A stretch of DNA of 64,000 nucleotides from positions 13,707,140 to 13,771,139 of the forward strand of contig NC_081404.1 of the NCBI RefSeq assembly GCF_030684315.1. The letters run 5' to 3'. Positions 1 through 10,680 of the stretch are shown in pieces. A model generated the notes under the pieces. That model was not told the DNA's origin, made no database searches, and saw only the letters and a program-made list of their open reading frames with translations. This DNA is from Stegostoma tigrinum (Eukaryota). Position numbers and translations under genes: made by a program. Numbering within the stretch: position 1 is the first letter of the stretch; every line of letters starts with the position of its first letter.

Positions 1-2020
1 CAGATACAGAACACATGTGTCAATGTGCAATTGGAGGGCGGTCCGAAATTCGATGTCGAGGAGCTCCTCGCCAATGCCAGGAGGCAGTACGAAGCCTGCG
101 CCCAGCAGAGCCGCGAGGAAGCGGAAACTTGGAAACAAACCAAGGTGAAGATTACGTGTCGCTGTCGCGTTCTTATCCAGCGGGCTGCAAAGTGAACTGT
201 GGGACTAACGTGTTCCCAATGTCTGTTTGCAGATGCAGGAACTGGCCATGGCGTCTGGACAATGTGGCGATGATCTCAATATGCTGAAGTCAGAGATTAA
301 ACAGTCGACAGATCAAATCCGGAAACTGAAAGCATCCATCGATGCCCTGAAAAAGGAGGTAGGCAAAGGTGTGAAAGCGAACAGGGTATGGGAAACGGTT
401 GTAAATATCTGTACGTCTCTTTTACTCTCTCTGTCTTACCTCTCTGTCCGACATTATTATCGGGAAGGCAATAAGGGGATAGGATCAGCTCGGCTGGGTT
501 CTTTTCTGACAACGTGGGGGGTCTGACTGCTGTCCTTTCCGATTGGAATCAGTGGCTGGCCAGTCACGCCGTCCTCCGCAAATCATTGCGCGGGGCGGGA
601 GCGTTTTGCCTCGGTGTCGTTCTGAACACTGAGCTGACCCCAGTAAATACTGAAGAAACTGGCCGAATGAATATTTATGTTCCTCAGCGTCTGAAACTGG
701 AAGATGCAATCCGAGAAGCAGAGGAACGCGGCGAGAATTCTCTGAAAGACTCTCGGATGAGGATTAGCGAACTGGAAGAGGCCATCTTGAGAGCCGGGCA
801 AGAGCTTTCCAAACAAGCCAGGGAGTACGAACAGCTGGTGGGCATCAAGCTTGCACTGGACATTGAAATTGGGACCTACAAGAAAATGCTGGAGGGAGAG
901 GAGGCAAGGTAAGATCAGGGCCAGTCGCTAATCGCAGCCATCACATTGAGTCCCGTGCTGGCAAATTGCAGTCCGTCCTTGCAGTTGACTGGTAGCTCTG
1001 GTCTCTGAGAATGGAATGGACTGCAGGCACTGGGAGTGACAATCACTTCATTATCTACATGTCCCGGGTAAAGGTCAGCTGTCCCGTTCCTCACGCTCCC
1101 ATGGCCTGCTGGCCCCTGCTGCCTGTGACAGCAGCACCTAAAGACTGGGCACTTTGCCTGAGGCGAAGGAAGCTGACAGTGCCCTTTCAGAAGTGCATCC
1201 CAGCAGATGTCAGAGTCTCTGGGTGAGGGAGGAACTTGGGAAAACGGAGTGAAAGGGTGACTGTGATTTCCTGCAATTTCCTGCTGCGATCTGAGTGTGT
1301 TTCATTTCTCAACAGGATGGCAAGTGGGGTTAAAACCCTCAACATCCAGCAAGTCCAGAGCCAAGGTAAGAGAATTTGCGGTCCAAGTGAAGTGTGATGA
1401 TTCTTTCTGGTCAGGTTCTGCTCAGCTTCATTCCAATCAGCCATCATCATTTCCCACCTTCAACATCAGATGCTTGTATCATTTGGCCTTGTCAAATGAT
1501 CGGTAATCACCAGCCCTTGCCAGCCTACTTCACATCCCTGATTGACATCACCCAACCAGCTTTCAGTTCATGAGGCTCCAATTCTAAGAATTCCGTCTGT
1601 CAGCATTTCCTTCATTCTCCTTCCCAGTCGCCTCCTTCAAGGGCTAGATTTTCCGCATGCTTTTTCTCATCGTCCTGATGGATTTATAGGGTTTCAAATT
1701 GTTTCTTGGAGAAAGCGGCTGCAAAACATCTAGGGCTGTCGTACTTTGCGAAAGATACAACACAAATTGAGTTACTTTATCATTTTGCAATTATACTTTC
1801 AATTGTAGCACCAAGATGACAAGAAAAGTTTTTTTTTTTCTCTCTCTGTGCCCCTTTGACAGGTGGTTTGCAACAAGGCTTGGGTTGGGGAGCTGGATCA
1901 TCTTCCTATGAGACCTCACTGAGTTCAAGTGGCTCGTACGCGAGCAACAGAGCGACGGTGGGTGGACGAACCACGTATGAGGTGTCGAGCACAGGACTCA
2001 GTCAACAAGGGATCATTTGA
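1..2020 (+). CDS. Type II keratin-like intermediate filament gene, copy A (5' part outside window; exons 5-9)
   Basis: Exons <1-144, 233-358, 688-908, 1316-1365, 1863-2020 (TGA 2018-2020), all with GT-AG borders. Helix-termination motif [20 protein letters not shown] and a Gly/Ser-rich tail. Confidence 0.93.
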
Positions 2021-2205
2021 AACCATCAGTGCCTCCCAGCCGTTCATTGTCAGAGGTTATACTTTCCCTCAGTACTGTTTTTAGAGCGGTGGTTGACATC
2101 TTTATATTCACTTCATGTCTGCTACTCGGAATGACTGCATTAACCTGTTCACGTTTCATACTTAAATGACATGAAGTCTACAGCGACATCTTCATCAGTT
2201 GACAA

Positions 2206-2211
2206 AATAAA
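2206..2211 (+). terminator. Polyadenylation signal, copy A
   Basis: AATAAA ~185 nt after the stop, followed by a GT-rich downstream element (GTTTGGGTTTGTGGG). Confidence 0.7.
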
Positions 2212-2863
2212 GTAAACTTTGTGAAAGTTTGGGTTTGTGGGAAATGCAGTCAGGACGTTCACACTGTATTTGTTGGTATCTTTAAAATGGGAATTAAAGC
2301 AAAGCTTTCGCTGTTGAACTCTGTTTCACTTTGATGTGTAATTTTGTTCGTTGATTTACCTTATGGCATTGCTGTCCGGCTGAATAAACGTGTAAACTGC
2401 ACAACTCGATTGCTTTTTGAGCAGCACAATGTTAAATGAATGAAAAGGACAATGCTCATCCATTGTTGTGTAATTCAAGAAGTGCCCACTCCAATATCGT
2501 TACATTTCCACAAGTATGATGACACGTAGAAAGACGTCTTTGTAGTTAGCATGTCGGCACAAATACCCCAACACTGAAAATAAGCTGTCAGCCTGAATGA
2601 AACTATTCAGTCCAACATCAGTGAAACCACTGTTGTGAATCTGACCAGATTCCCTCAAAATATTTTACCAACTTATCTAGACCTTCACTCGTTCTGATCA
2701 GAAATGTAAATATAATGTGTGTGTCCCAAATGAACTACGACTCATCAAACCACATGATGTTAAGCTCTACTTAAAATACAACCAAGGAAGGAAGCATTTG
2801 GAATAACAACTGTATTGGAAATCTTCATAGAAGAATAAATACAGTAATTATTACTTACTTCCT

Positions 2864-3150
2864 TATAGAGATTTATAAAATCATGAGGGGCATGGATCGG
2901 GTGAATACCCAAAGTTTTTTCCCTAGGGTGGGGGAAGTTCAAAACTTTAAGGTGAAAGGGGAAAGATATTGAAGGGACCTCAGGGGAACGTCTTCACGCA
3001 GAGGGTGATGCGTGTTATGGAATGAGCTACCGGAAGAGGTGGTGGTGGCTGGAACAATTGCAACATTTAAAAGGCATTTGGATGGATATATGAATGAGGG
3101 GTGCTGGCAAATGGGACTAGATTAATTTAGCATATCTGGGCAGCATGCAC
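2864..3150 (+). mobile_element. Decayed 3' fragment of a CR1-clade LINE (also at ~19013-19299 and ~35157-35443)
   Basis: Degenerate ORF2 C-terminus (LIEIYKIMRGMDRVN...FTQRV...WNELPEEVV...TFKRHLD), homologous to 7930-8195. Confidence 0.75.
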
Positions 3151-3361
3151 ATAGGGAAGGGGCCAAATCAAAATATGGAGCGGGAAGGGGAGATGAGGCA
3201 CTCTAACCGCTGCTATGTCTACTTTTCTCTAAAGACACTAGAATATTGGTGAACACCTATCCAAGTACACCTAGGCATGAATGTAACTGCAGGCAGGAGT
3301 GATATGGACCAGTCAACAGTTGACAACGACAACAACAACGCTGGAAAAGCTCAGCAGGTCT

Positions 3362-3539
3362 GAAAAAGACAATGTTGACGTGAAGAATATTGAGATACAG
3401 GCTATTAGACTAGATGGGATTAAGGTTCACAAGGAGGAAGTGTTAGCAATTCTGGAATATGTGAAAATAGATAAGTCCCTGGGCCTGATGGGATGTATCC
3501 TAGGATTCTCTGGGAAGCTAGGGAGGAGATTGTAGAGCC
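3362..3539 (+). mobile_element. Short internal CR1 ORF2 fragment (also at ~19511-19688 and ~35655-35832)
   Basis: Encodes EIQAIRLDGIKVHKEEVLAILEYVKIDKS, closely similar to 6625-6803 of the larger CR1. Confidence 0.75.
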
Positions 3540-3670
3540 AGAGAGATAGTAGGAACTGCCGATGTTGGAGAATCTGAGATAACACTGTGTGAAGCTGGAT
3601 GAACACAGTGGACCAAGCAGCATCAGAGGAACTGGAAAGCTTGACATTTTGGGTCGGGACCCTTCTTCTG
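3540..3670. repeat. Possible Penelope-like terminal-repeat remnant (related piece at ~3335-3362)
   Basis: GAACTGCCGATGTTGGAGAATCTGAGATAAC...GCAGCATC...TTGACATTTTGGGTCGGGACCCTTCTTC resembles, from memory, an abundant chondrichthyan repeat. No coding evidence. Confidence 0.3.
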
Positions 3671-4408
3671 TTCACAATAATCCATACATGATCTGACCAC
3701 AGCCTTATACAGCCTTAGCAAAACATCTCTGCTACTATATTCTGGCACTTGAAATGAATGCCAACATTGTATTTGCCTTCCTAACTGCCAACTGAACTTG
3801 CATGTTAACCGTTAGGGAATCCTGCACTAACACTCATAAATGACTTTATGCTTCAGATTTCCAATGCCTTTCCCCAATTTATGAAACAGTCTACTTTTAT
3901 TTATTTTACCAAAGTGCATAGTATCACGTTTTCCCACATTGGATTCTATCTCCCACTTCTTTGCCCATTCTCTTAGTCTCTCCAGGACCTTTGCAGCCTG
4001 CCTTCTGCAACTGTATTCGGGTCACCTGCAAATTTAGCAACAGTGCCCTCAGCTGTTTTGTCCAAATCGTATATTGTGGATAGTTGTGATCCCTACAGGA
4101 CTCCACTAGTCATCAGCTGAAAAAGATCCGTTTATCTTCACTCACTGCTTTCTGCCACTCACATTCTATCCATGCCAGTACCTTGCGCCAACACATGGGG
4201 CCTTATTTTATTTAGCAAGCTCCTGCATGGTACCTTGTCAAAAGCTTTCTGGAAATCCAAATAGATCACACCCCGGCTCTCTTTTGTCTAATTTGCTCCT
4301 CAAAGAATTCTAACAGAATTGTCAGGTGTGACTTCCCCTTAATGAAACCAAGCTGACTCAGCTGTATTTTCCCATGCACTTACAAGTACTCTGCAAACTC
4401 ATCCTTAA

Positions 4409-4722
4409 GGGCGGCATGGTGGCTCAATGGTTCGCACTGAGCCTCGCAGCACCTGGGACCCAGGTTCAATTCCAGCCTCAGGTGACTGTCTGTGTGGAGT
4501 TTGCACGTTCTCCCCATGTCTGCATGGGTTTCTTCCGGGTGCTCTGGTTTCCTCCCACAGTCCAAAGGTGTGCAGGCTGGATGGATTGTCCATGCTAATT
4601 CCCGTAGTGTTCAGGGGTGTGTGGGTTATAGGGGGGATGGGTCTGGGTGGGATGCTTCAAGGGGCAGTGTGGACTTGTTGGGCCAAAGGGCCTGTTTCCA
4701 CTCTGTAGGGAATCTAATCTAA
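4409..4722 (+). mobile_element. tRNA-derived SINE (HE1 / V-SINE-like)
   Basis: Pol III A box TGGCTCAATGG at 4420-4430, B box GGTTCAATTCC at 4463-4473, V-domain-like core GTCTGTGTGGAGTTTGCACGTTCTCCCC...GGTTTCCTCCCACAGTCCAAAG, CR1-like tail GGGCCAAAGGGCCTGTTTCC and (AATCT)n end. Confidence 0.88.
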
Positions 4723-4793
4723 TAATGGATTCTAAAATCTTACAAATGACTGAAGTCAGGTTTTCCAGCCTGTAGTTTCCTGTCTTCTGCCTC

Positions 4794-5232
4794 AAAGAAC
4801 AAAGAAAATTACAGGACAGGAACAGGCCCTTCAGTCTTCCAAGCCTGTGCCAATTTCCAGATCCTCCATCTAAACCTGTCACTTAATTTCCAAGAATCTG
4901 TATCCCTCTGCTCCCTGCCTCTACTAGCTCCGTTGGCAACGCATTCCAGGCACCTACCACCCTCTGAGGTAAGAACTTTCCACGCATATGTCCCTCAAAC
5001 TTTTCCTCTCCCACCTTGAAATCGTGACCCTTAGTAATTGAGTCCTCCACTCTGGGAAAAAGCTTTTTCCTATCCACGCCTTGAATTGAATCTTCCAAAG
5101 TGCATCACCCCGCATTTGCCTGAATTGAACTCCATCTGCCATTTCTCCGCCCAACTCTCCAATCTATCCATATTGTGCTGCATTCTCCAACAGTCCCCTT
5201 CACTATCTGCTCCTCCACCAAACTTAATGCCG
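4794..5232 (-). mobile_element. Short internally deleted CR1 nested in the older CR1 (also at 20943-21381 and 37087-37525)
   Basis: 3' tail at 4794, ORF2 C-terminus (GVDRKKLFP...QRVVGAWNALP) joined near 5080 to a WQMEFN...CGVMHFG segment. Flanked by an 8 bp direct repeat TCTGCCTC at 4786-4793 and 5233-5240. Confidence 0.8.
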
Positions 5233-5536
5233 TCTGCCTCCCTCCCTTCTTAAACAGGAATGTTACATTAGCCATTTTCCAATCCTCTGGGACCCTTCCT
5301 GACTCCAGTGACCCCTGAAAAATCACCACCAATAGCTTTATAATCTCTTCAGCTGTCTCCTTCATCAGGACTCGGAGATGTAATACATTTGATCCAAGCA
5401 ATTTATCCGCCTTCAGAAATTTCAACTTCTACAGCACCATTGCCTTCATGATGGCCACTACACTCACCTCTGCCCCTGATTTTCTTGAGGTTCTGGTATG
5501 CTGCTGGTATCTTCTACGGTGCAAACTGATACAAAA

Positions 5537-8280
5537 TGGATAGAGCAGGGACAGGAACGGTTGTTGCAGGTTCCGGGATTTAGATGTTTCAGTAAGAACA
5601 GAGAAGATGGTAAAAGGGTCGGAGGTGTGGCATTGTTGGTCAAGGGCAGTATTACAGTTGCAGAAAGGATGTTTGGGGACTCCTCAACTGAGGTAGTATG
5701 GGCTGAGGTTAGAAACAGGAAAGGAGAGGTCACCCTGTTGGAAGTTTTCTATAGGCCTCCGAATAGTTCCAGAGACGTAGAGGAAAGGATAGCAAAGATG
5801 ATTCTCGATAGGAGTGAGAGAGACAGGGTAGTTGTCATGGGGGACTTCAACTTTCCAGATATTGACTGGGAACACTATAGTTCAAGTACTATAGATGGGT
5901 CAGTTTTTGTCCAGTGTGTGCAGGAGGGCTTCCTGACACAGTATGTAGATAGGCCAACAAGGGGCGAAGCCACATTAGATTTGGTACTGGGTAATGAGCC
6001 CGGCCAGGTGTTAGATTTGGAAGTAGGTGAGCACTTTGGTGATAGCGATCACAATTCTGTTATGTTTACTTTAGTGATGGAAAGGGATAGGTGTATACCA
6101 CTGGACAAGAGTTATAGCTGGGGGAAAGGCAGTTACGATGCGTTTAGGCAAGATCTAGGGAGCATAGGATGGGGAAGGAAATTGCAGGGGATGGGCACAT
6201 TGGAAATGTGGAGCTTCATCAAGGAAAAGCTCCTGTGTGTCCTAGGTAAGTATGTACCTGTCAGGCAGGGAGGATGCTGTAGAGTGCGGGAACTGTGGTT
6301 TACGAAGGAGGTGGAATCTCTGGTCAAGAGGAAGAAGAAGGCTTATGTTAGGATCAGATGTGAAGGCTCAGTTAGGGCACTTGAGGGCTACGAGGTAGCC
6401 AGGAAAGACCTAAAGAGAGAGCTCAGAAGAGCCAGGAGGAGACATGAGAAGTTGTTGGCAGATAGGATCAGGGTAAACCCTAAGGCTTTCTATAGGTATT
6501 TAAGGAATAAAAGAATGACGAAAGTAAGATTAGGCCCAATCAAGGATAGTAGTGGTAAGTTTTGTGTGGACTCAGATGAGATAGGGGAAGCGCTAAATGA
6601 ATATTTTTCAACAGTATTCACTCTAGAAAACGACAATGTTGTCGAGGAGAATACTGAGATACAGGCTACTAGACTAGGTGGGATTGAGGTTCACAAGGAA
6701 GAGGTATTAGAAATCCTACAGAGGGTGAAGATAGATAAGTCCCCTGGGCCAGATGGGATTTATCCTCGGATCCTCTGGGAAGCCAGGGAGGAGATTGCCG
6801 AGCCTTTGGCATTGATCTTTAACTCGTCATTGTCTGCAGGAATAGTGCCAGATGACTGGAGGATAGCAAATGTGGTTCCCCAGTTCAAGAAGGGGAGTAG
6901 AGACAACCCTGGTAATTATAGACCAGTGAGCCTTACCTCAGTTGTTGGTAAAGTGTTGGAAAAGGTTATAAGGGATAGGATTTATGATCATCTAGAAAAG
7001 AATAAATTGATTAGGGATAGTCAGCACGGTTTTGTGAAGGGAAGATCGTTCCTCACAAACCTTATTGAGTTCTTTGAGAAGGTGACCAAACAGGTAGATG
7101 AAAGTAAACCGGTTCATGTGGCGTATATGGATTTCAGCAAGGTGTTCGATAAGGTTCCCCACAGTAGGCTATTGTACAAAATGCAGAGGAATGGAATTGT
7201 GGGAGATATAGCAATTTGGATCGGAAATTGGCTTGCTGAAATAAGACAGAGGGTGAGTTGATGGGAAATGTTCATCCTGGAGACCAGTTACTAGTGGTGT
7301 ACCACAAGGGTCGGTGTTGGGTCCACTGCTGTTTGTCATTTTTATAAATGACCTGGATAAGGGTGTAGAAGAATGGGTTAGTAAATTTGCAGATGACACT
7401 AAGGTCGGTGGAGTTGTGGATAGTGACGAAGGATGCTGTAGGTTGCAGAGAGACATAGATAAGCTTCAGAGCTGGGCTGAGAGGTGGCAAATGGAGTTTA
7501 ATGCAGACAAGTGTGAGGTGATGCACTTTGGTAGGAGTAACCAGAAGGCAAAGCACTGGGCTAATGCTAAGATTCTTAGTAGTGTAGATGAGCAGAGAGA
7601 TCTCGGTGTCCATGTACACAGATCCTTGAAAGTTGCCACCCAGGTTGACAGGGCTGTTAAGGAGGCATACAGTGTTTTAGCTTTTATTAATAGAGGGATC
7701 GAGTACCGGAACCAAGAGGTTATGGTGAAGCTGTGCAAAACTCTGGTGCAGCCGCACTTGGAATATTGTGTACATTTCTGGTCACCGCATTGTAAGAAGG
7801 ATGTGGAAGCTTTGGAAAGGGTGCAGAGGAGATTTACTAGGATGTTGCCTGGTATGGAGGGAAGGTCTTACGAGGATAGGCTGAGGGACTTCAGGCTGTT
7901 TTCATTAGAGAGAAGAAGGTTGAGAGGTGACTTAATTGAAACATCTAAAATAATCAGAGGGTTAGATAGGGTGGATAGGGAGAGTCTTTTTCCTCGGATG
8001 GTGATGGCGAGCACGAGGGGGCATAGCTTTAAATTGAGGGGTGAAAGATATAGGACAGATGTCAGAGGTAGTTTCTTTACTCAGAGAGTAGTAAGGGAAT
8101 GGAATGCTTTGCCTGCAACAGTAGAAGATTCGCCAACTTTCGGTACATTTAAGTCGTCATTGGACAAGCATATGGACGTAAATGGAATAGTGTAGGTCAG
8201 ATGGGCTTGAGATCGGTATGACAGGTCGGCACAACATCGAGGGCCGAAGGGCCTGTACTGTGCTGTAATGTTCTATGTTC
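5537..8280 (+). mobile_element. 5'-truncated CR1 LINE, ORF2 (APE endonuclease plus RT) with one frameshift near 7255
   Basis: ORFs 5498-7261 and 7314-8195: [47 protein letters not shown]. 3'UTR GGGCCGAAGGGCCTGT and ATGTTCT-type tail. Confidence 0.95.
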
Positions 8281-8490
8281 CTGTGGCAATACAGAAGCAT
8301 CCCATAAGCAACATCCATTGGTTAAAGGGAAAATTCAGACACAGATTCTCACACACATTTCTCCAGTCTAGGAGGGAAATATCACCCGGAGAAAATACAA
8401 AGAAAGTAGCGACCCGGAGACATTCACTCAAGCTCCCAACTCTGTTGAGACTCCAACAGCTTCTGATGCTGCATGAAAAAGTCCCGAAAT

Positions 8491-10680
8491 CTATAGACAA
8501 TAGACAATAGCTACTGGAATCGGCCATTCGGCACTTCGAGCCACCACCCCCATTCGTTATGATCACGGATGATCATCCACAGTCAGTATCCTGTTCCTGC
8601 CTTCTCCCCATAACCCTGGATTCCACTGTCTTTAAGAGCTAATATCTATCTCTTTCTTCAAAGCATCCAGAGAGTTAGCCTCCACTGCCATCTTGGGCAG
8701 AGCATTCCATATATCCACCAGTCTCTGACTAAAGAAGTTTCTCCTCAACTCTGTTCTAAATGGCCTAGCCCTTATTTTTAAACTGTGTCCTCTGGTTCTG
8801 GACTCACCCGTCAGCGGAAACATGCTTCCTGCCTCCAAAGTCTCCAATCCCTGAATAAACTTATACGCCTCAATCAGATCCACTCTCATCATTCTCAGCT
8901 CAAGTGTAAACAAGCACAGTCGCTCCAATCTTTCAACATCCGATAGTCCCGCCATTCTGGGAATTGACCTCGTGAGCCTACACTGTACTCCCTCAATAGC
9001 AACAATGTCCTTCCTCAAATTTGGAGACCAAAACTGCACACAAAACTCCAGGTGCAGTCTCACCAGGGCCCTGTACAGCTGAAGAAGGACCTCTTTGCTC
9101 CGACACTCAATTCCTCTTGTTATGAAGGCCAGCATGTAATTAGCTTTCTTCACTGCCTGCTGTACCTGCATGCTTGCTTTCATTGGCTAATTGACAAGAA
9201 CACCTAGGTCTCGTTGTACTTCCCCTTTACCGAAATTGACTCCATGGAGGTAGAAATCTGCCTTCCTGTTCTTGCCACCAAAGTGTATAACTGCACATTT
9301 ATCCACATTAAACTGCATCTGCCATGCATCCGACCTCTCAACCAACTTGTCCAAGTCACCCTGTAGTCTCAAAACATCCTCCTCACATTTCACACTGCCA
9401 CCCAACTTTGTGTCATCTGCAAATTTGCTAGTAATACTTTTAATGCCTTCATCTATATCATTAATATATATCATAAACAGCTGCGGTCCCAGCACCGAAT
9501 CTTGTGGTACCCAACTGGGCAATGCCTGCCATCCGAAAGGGTTGTGTTTATCACTACACTTTGCTTCCTGTCAGCCAGCCAATTTTCAGTCCAACTCAGT
9601 ATTTTGCCCCCAATACCATGTGCCCCAATTTTGTTCACCAATCTCCGATGTGGGACTTTATCAAAGGCTTTCTGAAAGTCCAGGTACACCACATCCACTG
9701 TTTCTCCCTTAACCATCTTCAGAGATAGATTCTCCAAAAAATCCAGAAGATTAGTCAAGCACGATTTCCCCTTCGTAAATCCATGCTGACTCTGACCGAT
9801 TCTGTTCCTGCTATCCAAATGAATCGTAATTTCATCTTTTATAATTGACTCCAGCATCTTTCCCACCACTGATGTCAGGCTAACCGGTCTATCATTTCCT
9901 CTTTTCCCTCTCCCTCCTTTCTTGAAAAGTGCGACAACATTTGCCAGCCTCCCATTCACAGGAACTGATCCTGAATCTATAGACCCTTGGAACATAATTA
10001 CCAACGAGTCCACAATTTCTGGAGCCACCTCCTGAAGTACCGTGGGATGCACACCATCAGGTCCCGGGGACTTATCGGCCTTCAGACCGAACAGTCTATC
10101 CAACACCTTTTCCTGCCTAAGAGAAATACCCTTCAGTTCGTCCATTACCCTAGGTCCTTCAGCCACTATTGCATCTGGGAGATTTCTTGTGTCTTCCCTA
10201 GTGAAGACAGATCTAAAGTACCTATTCAATTCTTCCTCCATTTCCTGGTTCCCCATGTTCAATTCACCCGTTTCTGACTTCAAGGGCCCAATTTTAGTCT
10301 GAACCATTTTTTTTTCTTTTCACATCGCTAAAAAAGCTTTTACTATCCTCCTTTATATTTTTGGCCAGTTTTCTTTCATAGCTCATTTTTTCACTGTTTA
10401 TTGCCTTTTTACTTATCGGCTGTTGCTCTTTAAAAGCTTCCCAGTCCTCCCGCTTCCCACTCATCTTTGCTATGTTATACTTCTCTCTTATCTTTATGCA
10501 GTCCTTAACTTGACTCGTCAGCCATGAGCTGATCCTGCACCTTCTGCATGATATCCAGAAATACCTGCCACTGTTGTTCCACTGCCATCCGTGCGAGGGG
10601 ATTGTACTATTGAACTTTGGCCAGCTCCTCCCATATAGCTGCATAGTTCCCTTCATTCAACTCAATGCTGACACATCCGG
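8491..10680 (-). mobile_element. 5'-truncated, decayed CR1 LINE of a second subfamily
   Basis: Broken ORF2 pieces 8632-9183, 9187-9522, 9471-10307, 10294-10656 ([31 protein letters not shown]); (CTATTGT)n tail at 8491-8510. Confidence 0.92.

Larger units (their letters stand above)
3690..5536 (-). mobile_element. Old decayed CR1 ORF2 fragment hosting a nested SINE and a nested CR1 (also at ~19839-21685 and ~35983-37829)
   Basis: Minus-strand remnants KADK..GS..LH.RVLKETAEEI...VPEDWKMANVT.LFKKGGRQ / KTGNYR..LTSVICKILESII / DFQKAFDKVP, with many indels. The sequence resumes on both sides of each nested insert. Left edge approximate. Confidence 0.8.

Noticed and set aside
4409-4480. tRNA gene
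   Set aside because: The A and B boxes belong to a SINE head that continues into the V-domain and a LINE-like tail; there is no proper cloverleaf.
5498-8195. 587 aa plus 293 aa ORFs as an active or domesticated reverse transcriptase
   Set aside because: The element is 5'-truncated within the endonuclease, its ATG comes from the antisense strand of an adjacent old CR1, and it is frameshifted inside the RT domain.
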